Assembly: GCA_977016875.1 (NCBI GenBank)
Contig: CDRNST010000130.1
Coordinates: 682,001 to 746,000, forward strand
DNA length: 64,000 nucleotides
Reading direction: 5' to 3'
Source of the DNA: Pavona decussata
Taxonomy: Eukaryota
A program made the position numbers and the translations under genes. Of the stretch, positions 36,732 to 49,978 are shown in pieces; position 1 is the stretch's first letter, and each line of letters starts with the position of its first letter. Under the pieces are notes generated by a model that made no database searches, was not told the origin of the DNA, and worked only from the letters and a program-made list of their open reading frames with translations.

Positions 36732-37373
36732 CTAAATATTTCGCCACACATCAGGTTGATTATCACACACTAATTCAACTGTGTTTATATTTGTTAGGGA
36801 AAAGTTTTGAGGTAACTCACACTTAATAATCCTAGGATATTTTGCAACCAACTTGTAAAATCTGATGAGAAAATTCACATGAGGCTTTGATATGTTGATG
36901 TAATTCTGCAAGATTTGTCTAAATCCCTCTGGAGTTGAAGAATCGTTCAAATGGAGAAGGATGCGTCCTTGTAAGGCAGAATAATATAATATATCCTTGT
37001 TAGCATTTCCAATAGTTCTGGACAAAAGATTAACAGACTGGATGCAATCCAGTGTATCACGTTTGATGTCCAACTGATGATAACATTGTTGTGTTGAAAT
37101 ATTGACTGAAATGTTTAAAGTGTTCTGAACCTTCTCATATGCGGATGTAGTTTTAGAAGTTGAAGATGCTTGTAACGCAAGCTTAGGAAATTTATCGAGC
37201 ATGCTTCTCTTTTCAGCCTCAATTAACTCCCCAGTTTCTGGAAATCTGCTTGCTATTCTCCGAGTGAAGCCTTCAAAGTGATTTACGAAGGTTATGAATC
37301 TCTTCTTTTTCGTGGTGTAAACTTGAATTCCCTGTAAAAGTATATTAATTTTTAACCAGACAACACATAACAC
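36732..37373 (-). CDS. Uncharacterised Polinton-associated helical protein (start uncertain)
   Basis: Open frame of about 200 codons; paralog at 26490-27130. Confidence 0.5.
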   Translation of the reverse strand: MLCVVWLKINILLQGIQVYTTKKKRFITFVNHFEGFTRRIASRFPETGELIEAEKRSMLDKFPKLALQASSTSKTTSAYEKVQNTLNISVNISTQQCYHQLDIKRDTLDCIQSVNLLSRTIGNANKDILYYSALQGRILLHLNDSSTPEGFRQILQNYINISKPHVNFLIRFYKLVAKYPRIIKCELPQNFSLTNINTVELVCDNQPDVWRNI

Positions 37374-38182
37374 ATAACTGAATTATGCAGAAGCCACTTT
37401 CTGATTGGCTGAAAAAAATCATACGACTGTCTCATGACCTTGAACGCAATAGGACAAGTTTAGACCTGTCAGCGGGAAATTCCCACTGCATGACATCATT
37501 TTTGAGAAAGTCACGCAATGAAAAAGCCATAAGCAGATATACATTTAAGAATTAAAAATGGAATCATGAAACAGAGTTATCAAATGTGTTAATCAATTTG
37601 AGAATTTGGGATTTTAACCTCCCTCAGAAGAACAATTGTGATGATATTTTGGTTTTTTTCCAACAAAATTATTTTCAAAAATTAATTCCAAAAATTATTC
37701 CAAAAAATTATTCAAAAAAAATTATTTTCAAAATTTATTAACAAAAATTATTTTTAAAAAATTATAACCAAAAATTTATTCCACAAAAAATTACAGTAGC
37801 TATATGCCAAGTGTATAACTACTTATGTGTGCTAGTTCCTTCCTATGTCAGAAATTAAACAATAATAACATATTTCCATGCTCTTATTACATGTTTGTTA
37901 TTTCAATATGATGAGGGTGTGGTCAAAATTAAGCAAAAGCTGTTCTGGCATACCTGAAAAAACTGTTGCAGCTTCTTGTCTAGGCATCACTCCATAGGTA
38001 CCATCAGCAAACAGTTGTTTCTTTGCTGGTGGTTCAGCACAGACTGCAAAATTTGCAAAAATAGTAAATTTGATGTATGCATGACTAATTCATCTGCACT
38101 TACCAAAACTGTGCACTACTAATAAACAAATTGATTAGGACAAGTAAATTCGTTTGGTATTTTCCAATATTTGTTACTTTAA

Positions 38183-38955
38183 GGTGGCCGAACACAGTTA
38201 TCCAGTACACAGGTGTTAGTAAACGTTATTTGAAAACTACGTACTTCTGAGTACCCGAAATTAGTATGGTGCAAGATTAACTAAGAAGGAATAAATTTTG
38301 ATACTTCTTGTTGAGCAAGGTGCCGTTTCCATGGCAACACAGCAAGCTTTTAACTGTCCACAAATAATGGTTTTTCTTAATTTTTAGAAAATGCACTCGT
38401 TAGATTTTTTCCATTTTTTGTATCCAGAAAAACTCACAAAATACTGACATAGTGGCGCTGCTTCTATGTAATTTTAACAGACAGATCTCCTGTAAATGTT
38501 GGTTTTGCACTTTAATGTTTTTTGAAGATACCCTCTGTTAGATTTTGTTTTTGGTTTGTAGGCAAGTTACGCTTTTAGAAAACTACTGTTTTGTCAAATT
38601 TCAGGAAATTCTAACGAGCGGTTCCTTAGAAAACAGTTCATTTCCATTAAAACAACCAGTCACAATTTTTTGCTCAAATGCGCATGCGTGGCTTTTAATT
38701 AGGTTTTCTCAGCAAAGATGAAAAGCGTACAAAAAGGCTTAGCTCATTGTGAACTCACTTTCTTTGTTTGGCGATAAATGAAGAAGGATTCGCAAACGAG
38801 AAACTGAGTTATTTTAAGAGCAAAAATTACCTTTGTGATCCATTTGGTATAAAATCGAGGGATTGATAGTAATTTGCTTACCACAACCCTAGCGCGCGCT
38901 TAATAGCATCACCTAACAGAATGTGTAAAGCGCGCGCAAACTGTGTTCGGCCACC
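38183..38955. mobile_element. Non-autonomous Kolobok-type DNA transposon
   Basis: Perfect 17-bp TIR GGTGGCCGAACACAGTT; TTAA on both flanks; GG termini. Confidence 0.85.
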
Positions 38956-40450
38956 TTAAATGACTGCCAGAATCATGCCCATTTTTGATTTTTCACAAAG
39001 AATGGGCAAAATTGGTAAGTTTTCACCCTCAGTAGGATTACAAAATTAAATTTTAATGAGAAGTGAAAGGCATCTGTTTTATTAGCATGTACCTATGGCA
39101 GTGACAGGAGTGCTGATAATGGTCCCTTTCCCAGTACCAGGACCAGCTTTAAGAATGTCTGTAATTAATCAAGAAAATAAGTATCATATATTTGACATAC
39201 TATGCTCATTCCTAATATAGTCTCGTTTATAAACACTTACTAAAAACTTATTGCCTTAACTTGTTTCCTTGTGAAAGTGATGAGTGTGAATTAATGTTAT
39301 TTCTCTCTCACTGGAATTTATGCATTCAATAATAAATTAGAAATAAAATATCAAAAAAAAAACAGGTGGGTACCTTTTTGTGCCATCATCCTTTTGCCAA
39401 ACTCAAGTCCCTACAACAATTTATTAATTAGTTAAAAGGCAAGGATGAGTATTAAATAGATTATTCCATCATATGTATACCCAAAAAATTACCATTTTGA
39501 AGACAACTACTTATTTAATACCCTATTATTGTAAGGCCTTCATCACACTGGGTAGTGCAGAAGCAATGAAGGTTTCAAACCATGTCAAATGCCTCTCTTT
39601 TTCTTTGGTGTCATTGGCAAGTATCGTTTCTTTGCATTAGGCATTAATTCCTAAAATGAAGAAGTAGCATATATTATTATTATAAATAACAGTAATAGTT
39701 TGATTTTAGACAGAATTCGATGACTCAAAACGTACTTAACCCTGTTACCAATTAATCGTGTCTACCTTACCTCTGTTTCCTATGAATGTCTAGGAATCCC
39801 CAGATTCGTTTCATTAAGGGTATAAGCATATATTCCAAGTAACTTCATGAACTGCATGACCGTTCAGTGTTGAACAATAGCTATCGTTTTGATTCAATAT
39901 TCAGTGCTTCATATAAATCTCCCTCCAAAGACTATCTTCAATTTATTATCAGGTTCGATACACCAGAACCTGCTGTTTTGTTTGCAGATGGCTTTGGTTG
40001 GCATTGCCCTGCATGCACCCTCTCACAATCTGTTAGAGATATTTCTTGAAATTAATTTTTTTTTGTACGTCAATATTATTGGTTATGTTTTCTTGTACAG
40101 GTTATCTGCTTCAAACATTTAATCACTGCTAAATATATTCTTAACAAGGGCAAAATTGATTCTTGTCTCTTCTCTCAAATGACCTATTTCTGTTAGTGAC
40201 ACAAACCACAATTAAAGATTCTTAATTATTCCCCAAAGTCAGGAGAATGTTCACAATTTCTTAAATGTATAACTGGACATGGTACTTTTTATATTACATA
40301 CTGTTCTACACAAATGTATTACGTATACCTTTGTGTGTTACAAGTTTCATAATTTGTATTCAGGGTAAGATGAAAATGAAAAACTCAGCTGGACAAGCTG
40401 CTAGTTAATTTTACTAGCCGGGAGGTCTGAGATCGCAGTTCTCAACTGAA

Positions 40451-41266
40451 TGGGCGATTCCAGAAAATACCCATACCATACCACAGACGGCTTTTAGGAT
40501 TTCCGAAGGGGAGGGGGAGTTCACGATTATGGAATTCTGAGGGCATGGGGGGGTATTTACGATGGATATCAGAAGGCACTGGTGAATTCCACAGGTGGGA
40601 TTTCTGGAGTAGAAAGTGTAGAGTGAGTTCCTTGAAAATGCTATTGTAGTGGACTTTTGTAGTTCGTAAATAAAATTATCCAGGAACACATGACCGCGGA
40701 AGCAGAAGACAAGCATCGATAGATCATGATACATTTCATGTATACTACATGAGGCATAGGGTTAAGAACACTTTTCGTGCACACCACATGACGTATAAAA
40801 GAACGCGACAAGACTTGATGGTATATTTGACTGCTGAAAGATTTTAACTCTCTGAATTTGAGCTATTCTGCTTTGTAAACGTCAAAACAGCACAAGAAAC
40901 AAAAGAGGAGTAAAACTGCCGTAAATGGTGTTTATTATTATAGCCAAATTCAAACTTAAAGAGAAGTTTTCACAGCCTGGCCAGTAAGTTTTTTTTTTTG
41001 CTGAAGAGTAAAGCTTGTCGCCCAGCACCGCTAGATCACAGCCCTGAGGAGGCATTAATTGATGTTCGTTTGTTCATATAGGCGTTGCTAAAGTCGAAAA
41101 TGTACTTCCCAGAAAAACCGGAAATTCTAAAGGGGAGGGGGGTTTCACGATTATGGAATTCTGAGGGCATGGGGGGGTAACGCATTTTGGAATTTCCGAA
41201 GGCAAGGGGGGGTTAAAACATGGAAGCCGTCCGTTGTTGGGTATGGATATTTTCTGGAATTGCCCA
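40451..41266. mobile_element. MITE (superfamily unassigned)
   Basis: TIRs TGGGC(G/A)ATTCCAGAAAATA(C/T)CCATACC; internal duplicated TTCACGATTATGGAATTCTGAGGGCATGGGGGG. Confidence 0.8.
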
Positions 41267-41269
41267 ATG

Positions 41270-44200
41270 ATGAGAAAGAGACAACAGATGTTGCTTGCCT
41301 GTTCTCAACCTGCGATAAAAAGTCTCTAGCCCGACGGGACGCTTCACTAGCCCCAGGCTATCAGACAGTGCTTTTGTCAAGCCCTGAACTCTTAGACATG
41401 ACATACCCTTTATGGCCAAAGTGATCATGTTTTCCATATCAGCTAGAGCTGATATGTCTTCAGAAGAAAGTTCTGGGGTGCAGTCAACACTCATGTTGGG
41501 CAATTCTTCCTCAGGCTCCTCCTTTATCAGACCTGTTGCTGTAAATGTCATGTGCATGAAGGGAAAAAATTAGTTGTACATTACGATAGGAATAGATATT
41601 AACAGCGGTGAGCCACAGCCAAAGTTTTGTTGTGAATCTTTAATTAGAAATAATTAATATGTAATTTCTATTTGGCTTGGTTTTTTCTTTGCTTTAGGGC
41701 CTAATTAGAGACTGTTGTCTTTACACAACCATTTTTAGCATTTAAATGACTCAGTCAGCTAAGCCCACTTCTCTGGATGGCAACAGCTAACCAAAAATCA
41801 TTTTTCAAAAATTTAACTACCATGTTCATGGTTAAAAGAGAGCTAGTGCACATTTCTACTATCACATCTATTTTTGTAAATGTCCCCTTTGCATTCTTGC
41901 CAACCCCCGGAGTACAAAAATCTGGAGACGTGTAGAAATCTTCAGCGAACAGCAAACAATCTCAGAGAGACGTGCCATCAACGCGAAATTTGGCGCTTCA
42001 GTGGGGGGGGGGAGGGGGGGGAGACAAGGGGATTAATTGGTTAACTTATTAACAATGACGATGATGGGTTTTTTTTTTTTTTTTGCGTTTTCCGATCAAA
42101 ACTAATGAAATTCAAGAAAATGTTTCGAAATGGCCACGGTTTATATTTCCCGGGAGATGTGGTGATCTGACCGGGAGATTCGATGAAAAACTTGGAGACT
42201 CCCGGGAAAACCGGGAGAGTTGGCAGGTATGCCTTTGACTGATCGACAGACAAGCTCAAGATAAATCTTCAAAAATGCATAGAATCTTCTTTGCTTTAGC
42301 TATTTATGAGTATTAAGTATTATGTAATTATAGTAATTGTAATTATATGCCAACCGTGTTTAATGTATGCAGCTGTATATGAACTCAGTTCTGCAAAAGG
42401 GATGCCGTATGCCCTCTTCTGAATGGTTCCTTGTCTGTTTGTAAGGTCTTTAAGGGTTTCATCTGCCCTTTTGCTGAAGTAGATGCCAATGGTTCGGGCT
42501 TGTTCCACCATGCCCTGGTAGCAATCCGTCATTTCCTGTAAAATGACAAAGTGAATTTCCTGTGAGATTTGTAGTACAAGAATATATAAACAGAGTGATG
42601 CAACATTTCAGATTGTTTTTTTAACCCTTAAACCCCTAAGGGGTCTCTGTTAGACAGAGTAAAAACTATTAGTCACTCTTAGGGAGGAAAGGGTTAAAAT
42701 AAACTTGCAATGTAGGCTTACACTGTGTGAAATATTTGTGAAGCTATCAAAACCACTGATGCCGCCATAGCCAGTGCTGACACTTTGTTTCCACACTTAT
42801 CTGTGACATTTACTGATGGGTTCAGCCAAGTAAGGATCTGAAGTTAAGAAATAAAAATCGTAATTCATTTTCACAAATTAAACTGAAAACAAGTACAAAA
42901 ATATTTCACTGATGAAGCTTATTAGCTTATTGACACAGTAAACAAGAAATTATTTTTAATCATGGCTGATAATTAATTTAGGATTTAGGATACATTTGCA
43001 TTAAAAATGTACTTGTTATATCTTTAAATTAATGATCAGTCAATATTAAAACGTTAGTTTACAACTAACATTTCCCTTGAAATTCTTGACAGCATTTAGG
43101 ATGGAACTCTCTAACTATAGTTAGGGTGTTTGCTGACTTGCACCTGGTTCTAAATCCTGAACCATAACATTTATGACATATTGTAATGTTGCTGCAGATG
43201 CTCCATCTTTTCCAATGGATAAGCGCGTCTACATAACAGTACCAATGCAAAAACAGGAATCAATATGATGAGTTACTATTTCACATAGGAAATGGTCAGT
43301 GGCAATGTAAAGAACTGCTGATCATTGTGACCCTAATCATATTAGTATATGTCACCAAGGAATTATGTGACATTACAATTCTAAGTTGGATCGATGACAT
43401 GTGTCTGCCATGTCTTGTCAGACGATGAATGTTATCTCTGTCTATAAATGTATACACATAAGCAATTACCATAGTGTTTGCCAAGACAACTGCAGCAACA
43501 CCCTTCAGCCATCGTTGTTGGGGCCTGCCCTCTTCCAAGAGCCTCTCAAGTATTGACTTGAGGAGGGTAAAACACTCTGGGAAGGTCTTCACCCAGACAT
43601 CAAAATAAAGAATGGCCCAAGCTAACAGAATGCCCTAAAGGTTGTAAGATAAATATTACCTTTAAAATGTGCAGTAAATTATATAATTATCTAGAACGGA
43701 TAATCCAGTCGCCTGTCACACGGACACTCTCAGATACAAAGAAAATGTTTGAAAGTGGTAGCTTTTCATGTATTTTGTGATGCACTTCAGTGCAGGTTGA
43801 CTTGGCCGAGATTTTTGGCCACACAATATTATTCACAATCTCCTGGATTTTTTTTTTTAAGGTTAATTGTTGAGTTACCTTATTTTCCTCCATGAAGGGC
43901 AGCATTGAATTTTCAAGGATCCAGCTGTCATGTTCCTCTACGACCTCTCTCGGTCCAGTGTAATTAAAACGAATAACACGCCCCACAATTCTACGAAAGA
44001 AAGAAAACCTCTGACCAACCACGAATGATTACTGGAAATTTTGACAAACTGTTTATTGACAAGCCTTACATACCGTGTTATCTCAGGAGAATTAGATGAA
44101 ATCAATGCAGCAGCATGAGAGGCACTCATGCCCTCTTTGTTTGATCCTGACATCAACCTTCCCTGAACTTGCAGAAGGAATTCAGCAAATTGGCTATTGA

Positions 44201-44290
44201 CATCTGGATTGTCAATAAACACGACACCATTTGTGTAGGTGAGACTGTTGCATTTTTTGCTGCGAACAAAAATCAAGGAACTATTAGCCA
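41270..44290 (-). pseudogene. Degenerate multi-exon gene, possibly an SF3/AAA+-like ATPase; truncated upstream by an EnSpm end
   Basis: Exon-like blocks at 43690-44290 (VVFIDNP..ISSN..RIVGRVIRF), 43300-43650, 42755-42840, 42370-42537 and 41270-41540. Confidence 0.3.
42625..42693. mobile_element. Tiny piggyBac-like MITE
   Basis: TTAA-CCCTT...AAGGG-TTAA with inner CCTAAG/CTTAGG. Confidence 0.65.
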
Positions 44291-44295
44291 AGCCA

Positions 44296-46250
44296 CACTG
44301 TAAAATAAAGAGAGCTAAAGTGGCCCTAAAAATGGGGCCGAAAAAGGTGAGTCCAGATTGGTACTGTTTAGGGTCAATACAGCCTCACTGAAATGGGGCT
44401 GTTTCAGTACCTCTCTTGGAGGCTAAATCGACCCTTATATTGGGCCCATGTGAAGGGTCAATATGAAAAACACCAGTGCTGTTTTGGAATTTTAAGTGGC
44501 CAAACGAGCCCCCTCAAATTTTAGCCCTCTTGCAAATGACCCCTCAAAATAGACCCAATTCAGTTCCTTGTTGGGCCGTTTCACAAGTTGAAATGTCTTT
44601 TCTGTGCCTGCAAATTTTTTCCCTTATTGGCAAATAAAGAGACTAAACTCAACTTGCAGCTTTCAAACACTTGTTTATTTGGTTCTTGTACATACCTTTT
44701 CAAACCTTACTGTAACAATCAAGGGAAGTACAGTTTTGAAGACTTGTGGTATACCACATACATGATGTACTGTTAACGCTGTAAAATTTATAACAATGTG
44801 TTTCCTCCTAAGGCAACATATTTTCCACTCTCCGTACTCATCAGTAAATCTTGACAATCTTGATGTTTCCCTAAAGAACAAGCATTAGCGGAACTTGAGC
44901 AACAGAGAAACTTGTGAGTGTAATCTCCTTTTTAAATGACTTGGCAAATGTCTAATATCTTCTTTTTGTTTTTGTTTTTTCGACAGTTTTTTTTTTTTTT
45001 TTTGAGAACAGAGAAAAAAAATCAAAATCGCACAAAAGCAAAAAAAAGGTTTCTCCTTTTGTACCTGTAGAAGCGTGTTGTTTCTTTTTTGCTATTTTAT
45101 TTTACATATGCATATAGAAAAATCAAGGAATCCTTGAGCGCCACATCAAGTATTCCTGCCTGTGGAATGTAACAAAATAATGATCATACTTTGTTACAAT
45201 TTTCAAACTTTTTTGTTCTCAAAAAATAAACGCTCAGCAAGAACTGACTCAGGCATTTGCCAAGTCATTGAAAAAGGAGGAAACAGTGACAAGTGTCTAC
45301 CCCCGCCCAATTTCAAGTAATGCCTGCTCTAAAAAAGTCAAGATTTCCTTGCATTGGGTGTACGATACATTATAGATATAAAAGGAACTAAGCAATCCCA
45401 GGACAGCTTCTAATATCTTCTCCTGTGGGAGTTGGCAAATTATACTTCCCTCAGTCACTATGTGCAGTAAGTCCATATCATATAGATCCCCAACAATTAC
45501 AATTTGGGGCTGGACATAATTTGTATTGCCCTGTCAACATCTGCATCCCTCTGCAATAAGTACAAATGAAATAATTTTAGAAATGATAATAACAATAATA
45601 ACAACATGGCAAAATGTACATAACCACACATTAAAAACTCTCTATGGTCATCATTACACTTAAACAATACAAAGTACTGTACTATTTATAAGTATGATTA
45701 TGTCAATGAAGAATTTGGCAAAAAAAAAATGGTTCATTGTTTATTCCTCTACAGTTTACAGCTACATTTGATATACTGTAGACTGTTTCCTGTGATGTTG
45801 GTTTACATTATAGGACAAAACAATGATAGCATGTGTAACACATTCATACATGAAGTAAAACGTGCATGTCCAGATACAAGAAGGGTTCTCCTTTCTGCCT
45901 GACAAGTAACTAATTATTTTTTTTGCCAGATGTGAACGGAGACTTCATATCGGTCTACATGCACCCATTGGCAGACACCTACTGTACATCCTACATCATG
46001 GTTGTCCAATAGACAACTTCTTATAAAAGCTAATTGTGGTCTCTGTTTTATCTGACTTCAACTTGTATCTGAACCTAACAAGTAATTAGAGGTCAATGTA
46101 ATATTAGTTTGCAGCTGTCCTGTAGTATTTCCATACCATATTACCTCTAAAATAGTAACAACTTCTTTCTGAAGTCCCCTCTTCTTGCCATTCCACTGCC
46201 GCAGGGCTTTGTTTACTACCAAGAGGGATGCCCTATTCTTTACTTCTGCA
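44296..46250 (-). mobile_element. CMC-EnSpm (CACTA) remnant: terminus plus accessory-ORF exons
   Basis: CACTGTAAAA terminus followed by GGGCC/GACCC subterminal repeats; exon at 45320-45552 reads PQIVIVGD..EAVLGLLSSFYI. Confidence 0.5.
44905..45300. mobile_element. Degenerate MITE
   Basis: Inverted arms CTCCTTTTT(A/C)AATGACTTGGCAAATG. Confidence 0.55.
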
Positions 46251-46558
46251 AATTAAATAAAGGAGTAAGGTTTTAAAGACTGGTTTCCTTCTCCGTACAG
46301 TAGGACCCTGCATTGCAGACATCCCATTGTTACAGACAGTCCTCTAGGTCCTGGCCGAAAGCTATCCATTTTCTGTAGAAAATACAGTACCCTGTTATTA
46401 CGGACACCCATTATAATGGACAATACTCCTCATTCCAAAATAGCAGAAAATACATTATTCTTTTGTCTTCATGTTAATTGGCCCTCATTACCCCGATTGC
46501 ATCTGCAGAATTAAAAGCAATCTGGCCTAAAACAAGGAAATGACGACCAGTTATTAAC

Positions 46559-47735
46559 ATGAGTCAATCACTTGCTAATCTTGTTGATAATCTTCCAAAG
46601 ATGCTTTGAAATATACGAAAGAATTTTTTAACAGGGAAAAATATTTTAACCTCATGACTAAAAAGGGTGTGTACCCATATGATTATATGGATAGTTTTGA
46701 TAAATTTAATGATACTCAGCTACCATCAAAGGAACAATTTTATAGTCAATTAAATGATGAACATATTTCAGATCAACAATATGACCATACAAAAAATGTC
46801 TGGAAAAAGTTCAAAATAAAGACCATGGGAGAGTATCATGATCTGTATTTGAATAGTGATATACTCTTACTAGCAGATGTTTTTGACAATTTCAGAAAAA
46901 CGTGTTTGGAATATTATAAATTGGATCCATGCCATTATTTTACCAGTCCAGGTTTGAGTTGGGATGCTATGTTAAAAATGACTGGTGTCCAATTAGAACT
47001 TATGACAGATATTGATATGTTCCAGTCTATTGAAAAAGGCTTGAGAGGTGGTACCAGCTATATTGCTAACCGATATGGTAAAGCAAATAATCATTATATG
47101 CAAGAGTATGATGAAAAAGAACCATCAAGTTATATCATGTATTTGGATGCAAATAATTTATACAGTTGGGCAATGTCTCAGGCTTTACCAACTGGCGGTT
47201 TCAAATGGTTAACTGAAAATGAAATCAATAAAGTTAATTTAGCTAATTACGATGACTCAGAAAAGGGATTGATATTAGAAGTTGATCTGGAATATCCTGA
47301 AGAATTACACGATCTTCATAATGATTTTCCGTTAGCACCAGAACAAGTTTTTGTTAGAGAGAATATGTTGTCGGATTATTGTAAGCAGATAAAAAAGAAG
47401 TATAATATTTCCATTGGTCAGATTCATAAATTTATTGCAACTTTATCCAAAAAACAGAATTATGTGGTTCATTACAGAAATTTACGATTATATCTTGATT
47501 TAGGATTAAAACTAACCAAAATCCACAGAGTTTTGGAATTCAATCAATCTCCATGGCTGAAACAATATATTGATTTTAATACTATAAAAGAGCTACTGCC
47601 AAAAATAGTTTTGAAAAAGATTTTTTCAAGTTGATGAATAACAGTGTATTCTGCAAAACCATGGAAAACATTGTTTAAAAAGGAGCAAATGTATCATAAC
47701 ATGAAAACAATCAGAAGTGAATTACATCAAGTTGC
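46559..47735 (+). pseudogene. polB: pPolB central region (Exo III, motifs A and B), then a deletion to a C-terminal piece
   Basis: [57 protein letters not shown] (frameshifted). Motif C (YxDTDS) is absent. Confidence 0.92.
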
Positions 47736-48157
47736 AGGTAGATATTGATATGGACAACAAAACAATAACAGGTTTAAAAGATCCAACCAATGATCAAGAG
47801 GCTGTGCCGAGAGGATATTTGCTAAAATCAATCAAAACCAATTCAATTTAGTACTACGGCACTATCAGTAGTTCAAGAGTTTTCACAATAAATGAATTAC
47901 CTTTCACAAGATGAGATGCAATTTTTATTAAAAAAATCAAAATCATTACCCATGGATCGAGAACCGGTGATGATCGTCTTTTTATTTCCGCCACAGGGAA
48001 TAAAATCACATATACGACATGCTATAATTTAACATATAATCCCAATCATAATGTAATAATTAATGTCGATACTTTATATCCAAACATCCAACAAATAGCT
48101 CTTCAAAACGGGAATAACATGAAATTTGAAATAACATTTCAAATTAATGTGGTCTAA
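47735..48157 (+). pseudogene. Fibre gene 3' end (last repeat plus head domain)
   Basis: DIDMDNKTITGLKDPTNDQEAVPRGYL followed by a beta-rich region with stops. Confidence 0.6.
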
Positions 48158-48164
48158 TAATATA

Positions 48165-48545
48165 ATGCCATTTGTTCAAGACGAAAATGAAAACCATATC
48201 CTGGATGAAGCTAAAAACAAGATTGAATATACTGTCGTTTATGAAGAAATAAATCGTCAATACAAACAGAGCCAATCCATGTGAATGATGATGGTCACCT
48301 GGACACTGAAGACCGTCATCTGATTATCAAAGATGGAACACAACCAAATCATGCAATATCTCTCAGTCAACTCCAGAGTCACACAGAGAACACCATTAAA
48401 TCACTGATTAACAATACTATAAGACAATGTTTGGTGCAATTGGATTCTGACATCAAAGGACTATTAGAGATTATGATGCACGTTAAAATAAAGCCATTAA
48501 TAAGAAGGAAAATCAAGGAGGCTCTTAAAAAGACATACTTTTGTA
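48165..48545 (+). pseudogene. Small fibre-neck/coiled-coil gene, paralog of 4994-5344
   Basis: Strong DNA similarity to 5087-5340. Confidence 0.6.
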
Positions 48546-49104
48546 TAAACAATAGTATAATATCCTCACTGCATACTCATTACCTCATGGCTTAAGGTTA
48601 AGTTATGGGAAGAGTTCGCGACTGTTGAGGCAATAGGCATGCAACGAGGATAATACGTGGAATGCTGTCAACCGCCACCAGGGGAGGTGGGTGGGTCGCG
48701 AAATTCGGCCATCGTCCCGGAGTACGGTTAAAAAGACCACGTTTCAAGCGGGGTGGCGAAATATATACTCTAAGGCCGCAAAGCATCACCCTCGCAGCAG
48801 GCATGCGCAGAAACGGGGGAATTCAAACACATTATGAAAAACTCTGCTATGAGCTAATTAATTATGCAGTGAGAATAGTATAATATCCTCACTGCATACT
48901 CATTACCTCATTGCTTAAGGTTAAGTTATGGGAAGAGTTCGCTCCTGCCCTCACCACAAGACCCTAACGATCAAGACGACCAATGCACTAAAGAAATCAC
49001 CACGACAAAAGACCAATAAGGGGTACAATTCTTTATTTCCTCCCATTACTCAGAAACCCCTAACCAATAATGACAATAATGAATACTCCGAGCTGAATCA
49101 CCCC

Positions 49105-49900
49105 GAAAAGTGTTAGTGTAAAGTTAAGCAAGAACCCCACACGATCTCTGAGCCTAAACACTTGATTCGCCAAAAGGCGCCCGAGATCCGACGCCCGATC
49201 TCCGGTAAAGAAATCAACAACGAAGAAGGTGGTGTCCCTAACCAAGATGTATTTATCGACAGAGGAAAGGTGACCGCTGGCTGTAATAGAACCCCTAAGA
49301 AAATTTATTAATTTAGAAAACTTAACAAAAAACAAAGGGACTGCCTGGGTTGGCACTATAGCTTTATCCGCCTGCTCCTCCCGAACAAATTTAAGATACT
49401 CTTTAATTCTAGGATGTGCCACGGGATTAGAATCATGCAAACGGCCTAGCTTATTAAAGATGGCCCTCAACTTCCCTAACAAGGAATCTACCGACCCAGC
49501 AGCTAAGCGAGTCGGACAATTACAATCAACTTAGAACAAGATTGACTATGTAACACCGTCCTTCCTGACTTGTCTTTGCTAATCAAGAATCTAATAATAT
49601 CGTCAGAAGTACATGACGAAGTGTCTTTTGGGGGAGATAGAGTAGCTAGGAAATCCAAAAGCTGCTGCTCAAGGGCGGACTTCTGTCGCTGGTAGGGCTT
49701 ACCTTTAAACACATCTGTAAATTCTTGGAAACGTTTGGCAATCTCCGCATGGTCCACCGTACTGGTTGACACAGCAATCTTAACACACGTCCGTGAACCA
49801 CAAGCTTGACAACAGTTCCCATCCACATCGTTAGGGTATAAACAAGCGGGACAACGCCGGGCAGCTTTCCAAGGCCTTGAAACCTAAGGATCCAGGTAAC
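49105..49900 (-). pseudogene. Tyrosine recombinase, C-terminally deleted
   Basis: CPACLYPND..CQACG, core-binding region and FFTGDRASDLG (catalytic Arg). The HxxR and Tyr motifs are missing. Confidence 0.8.
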
Positions 49901-49978
49901 GATATGACGAAGATGTTAACACTAGCAGACACACCGAAACGCCCAGAGATCCCACTGTAGGGGGCGGGACACCCATTC

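Larger units (their letters stand above)
25090..37800. mobile_element. Polinton-like segment B (mosaic, decayed), interrupted by a hAT element
   Basis: Penton-like gene, 2-TM gene, polB C-terminal fragment, VLTF3-like gene and small DNA-binding genes; AT-rich ends. Boundaries are approximate. Confidence 0.7.

Noticed and set aside
25072-37799. CTACTGTA...TACAGTAG as termini of segment B
   Set aside because: Only an 8-bp match followed by low-complexity A/T sequence, with no TSD. Too weak to call.
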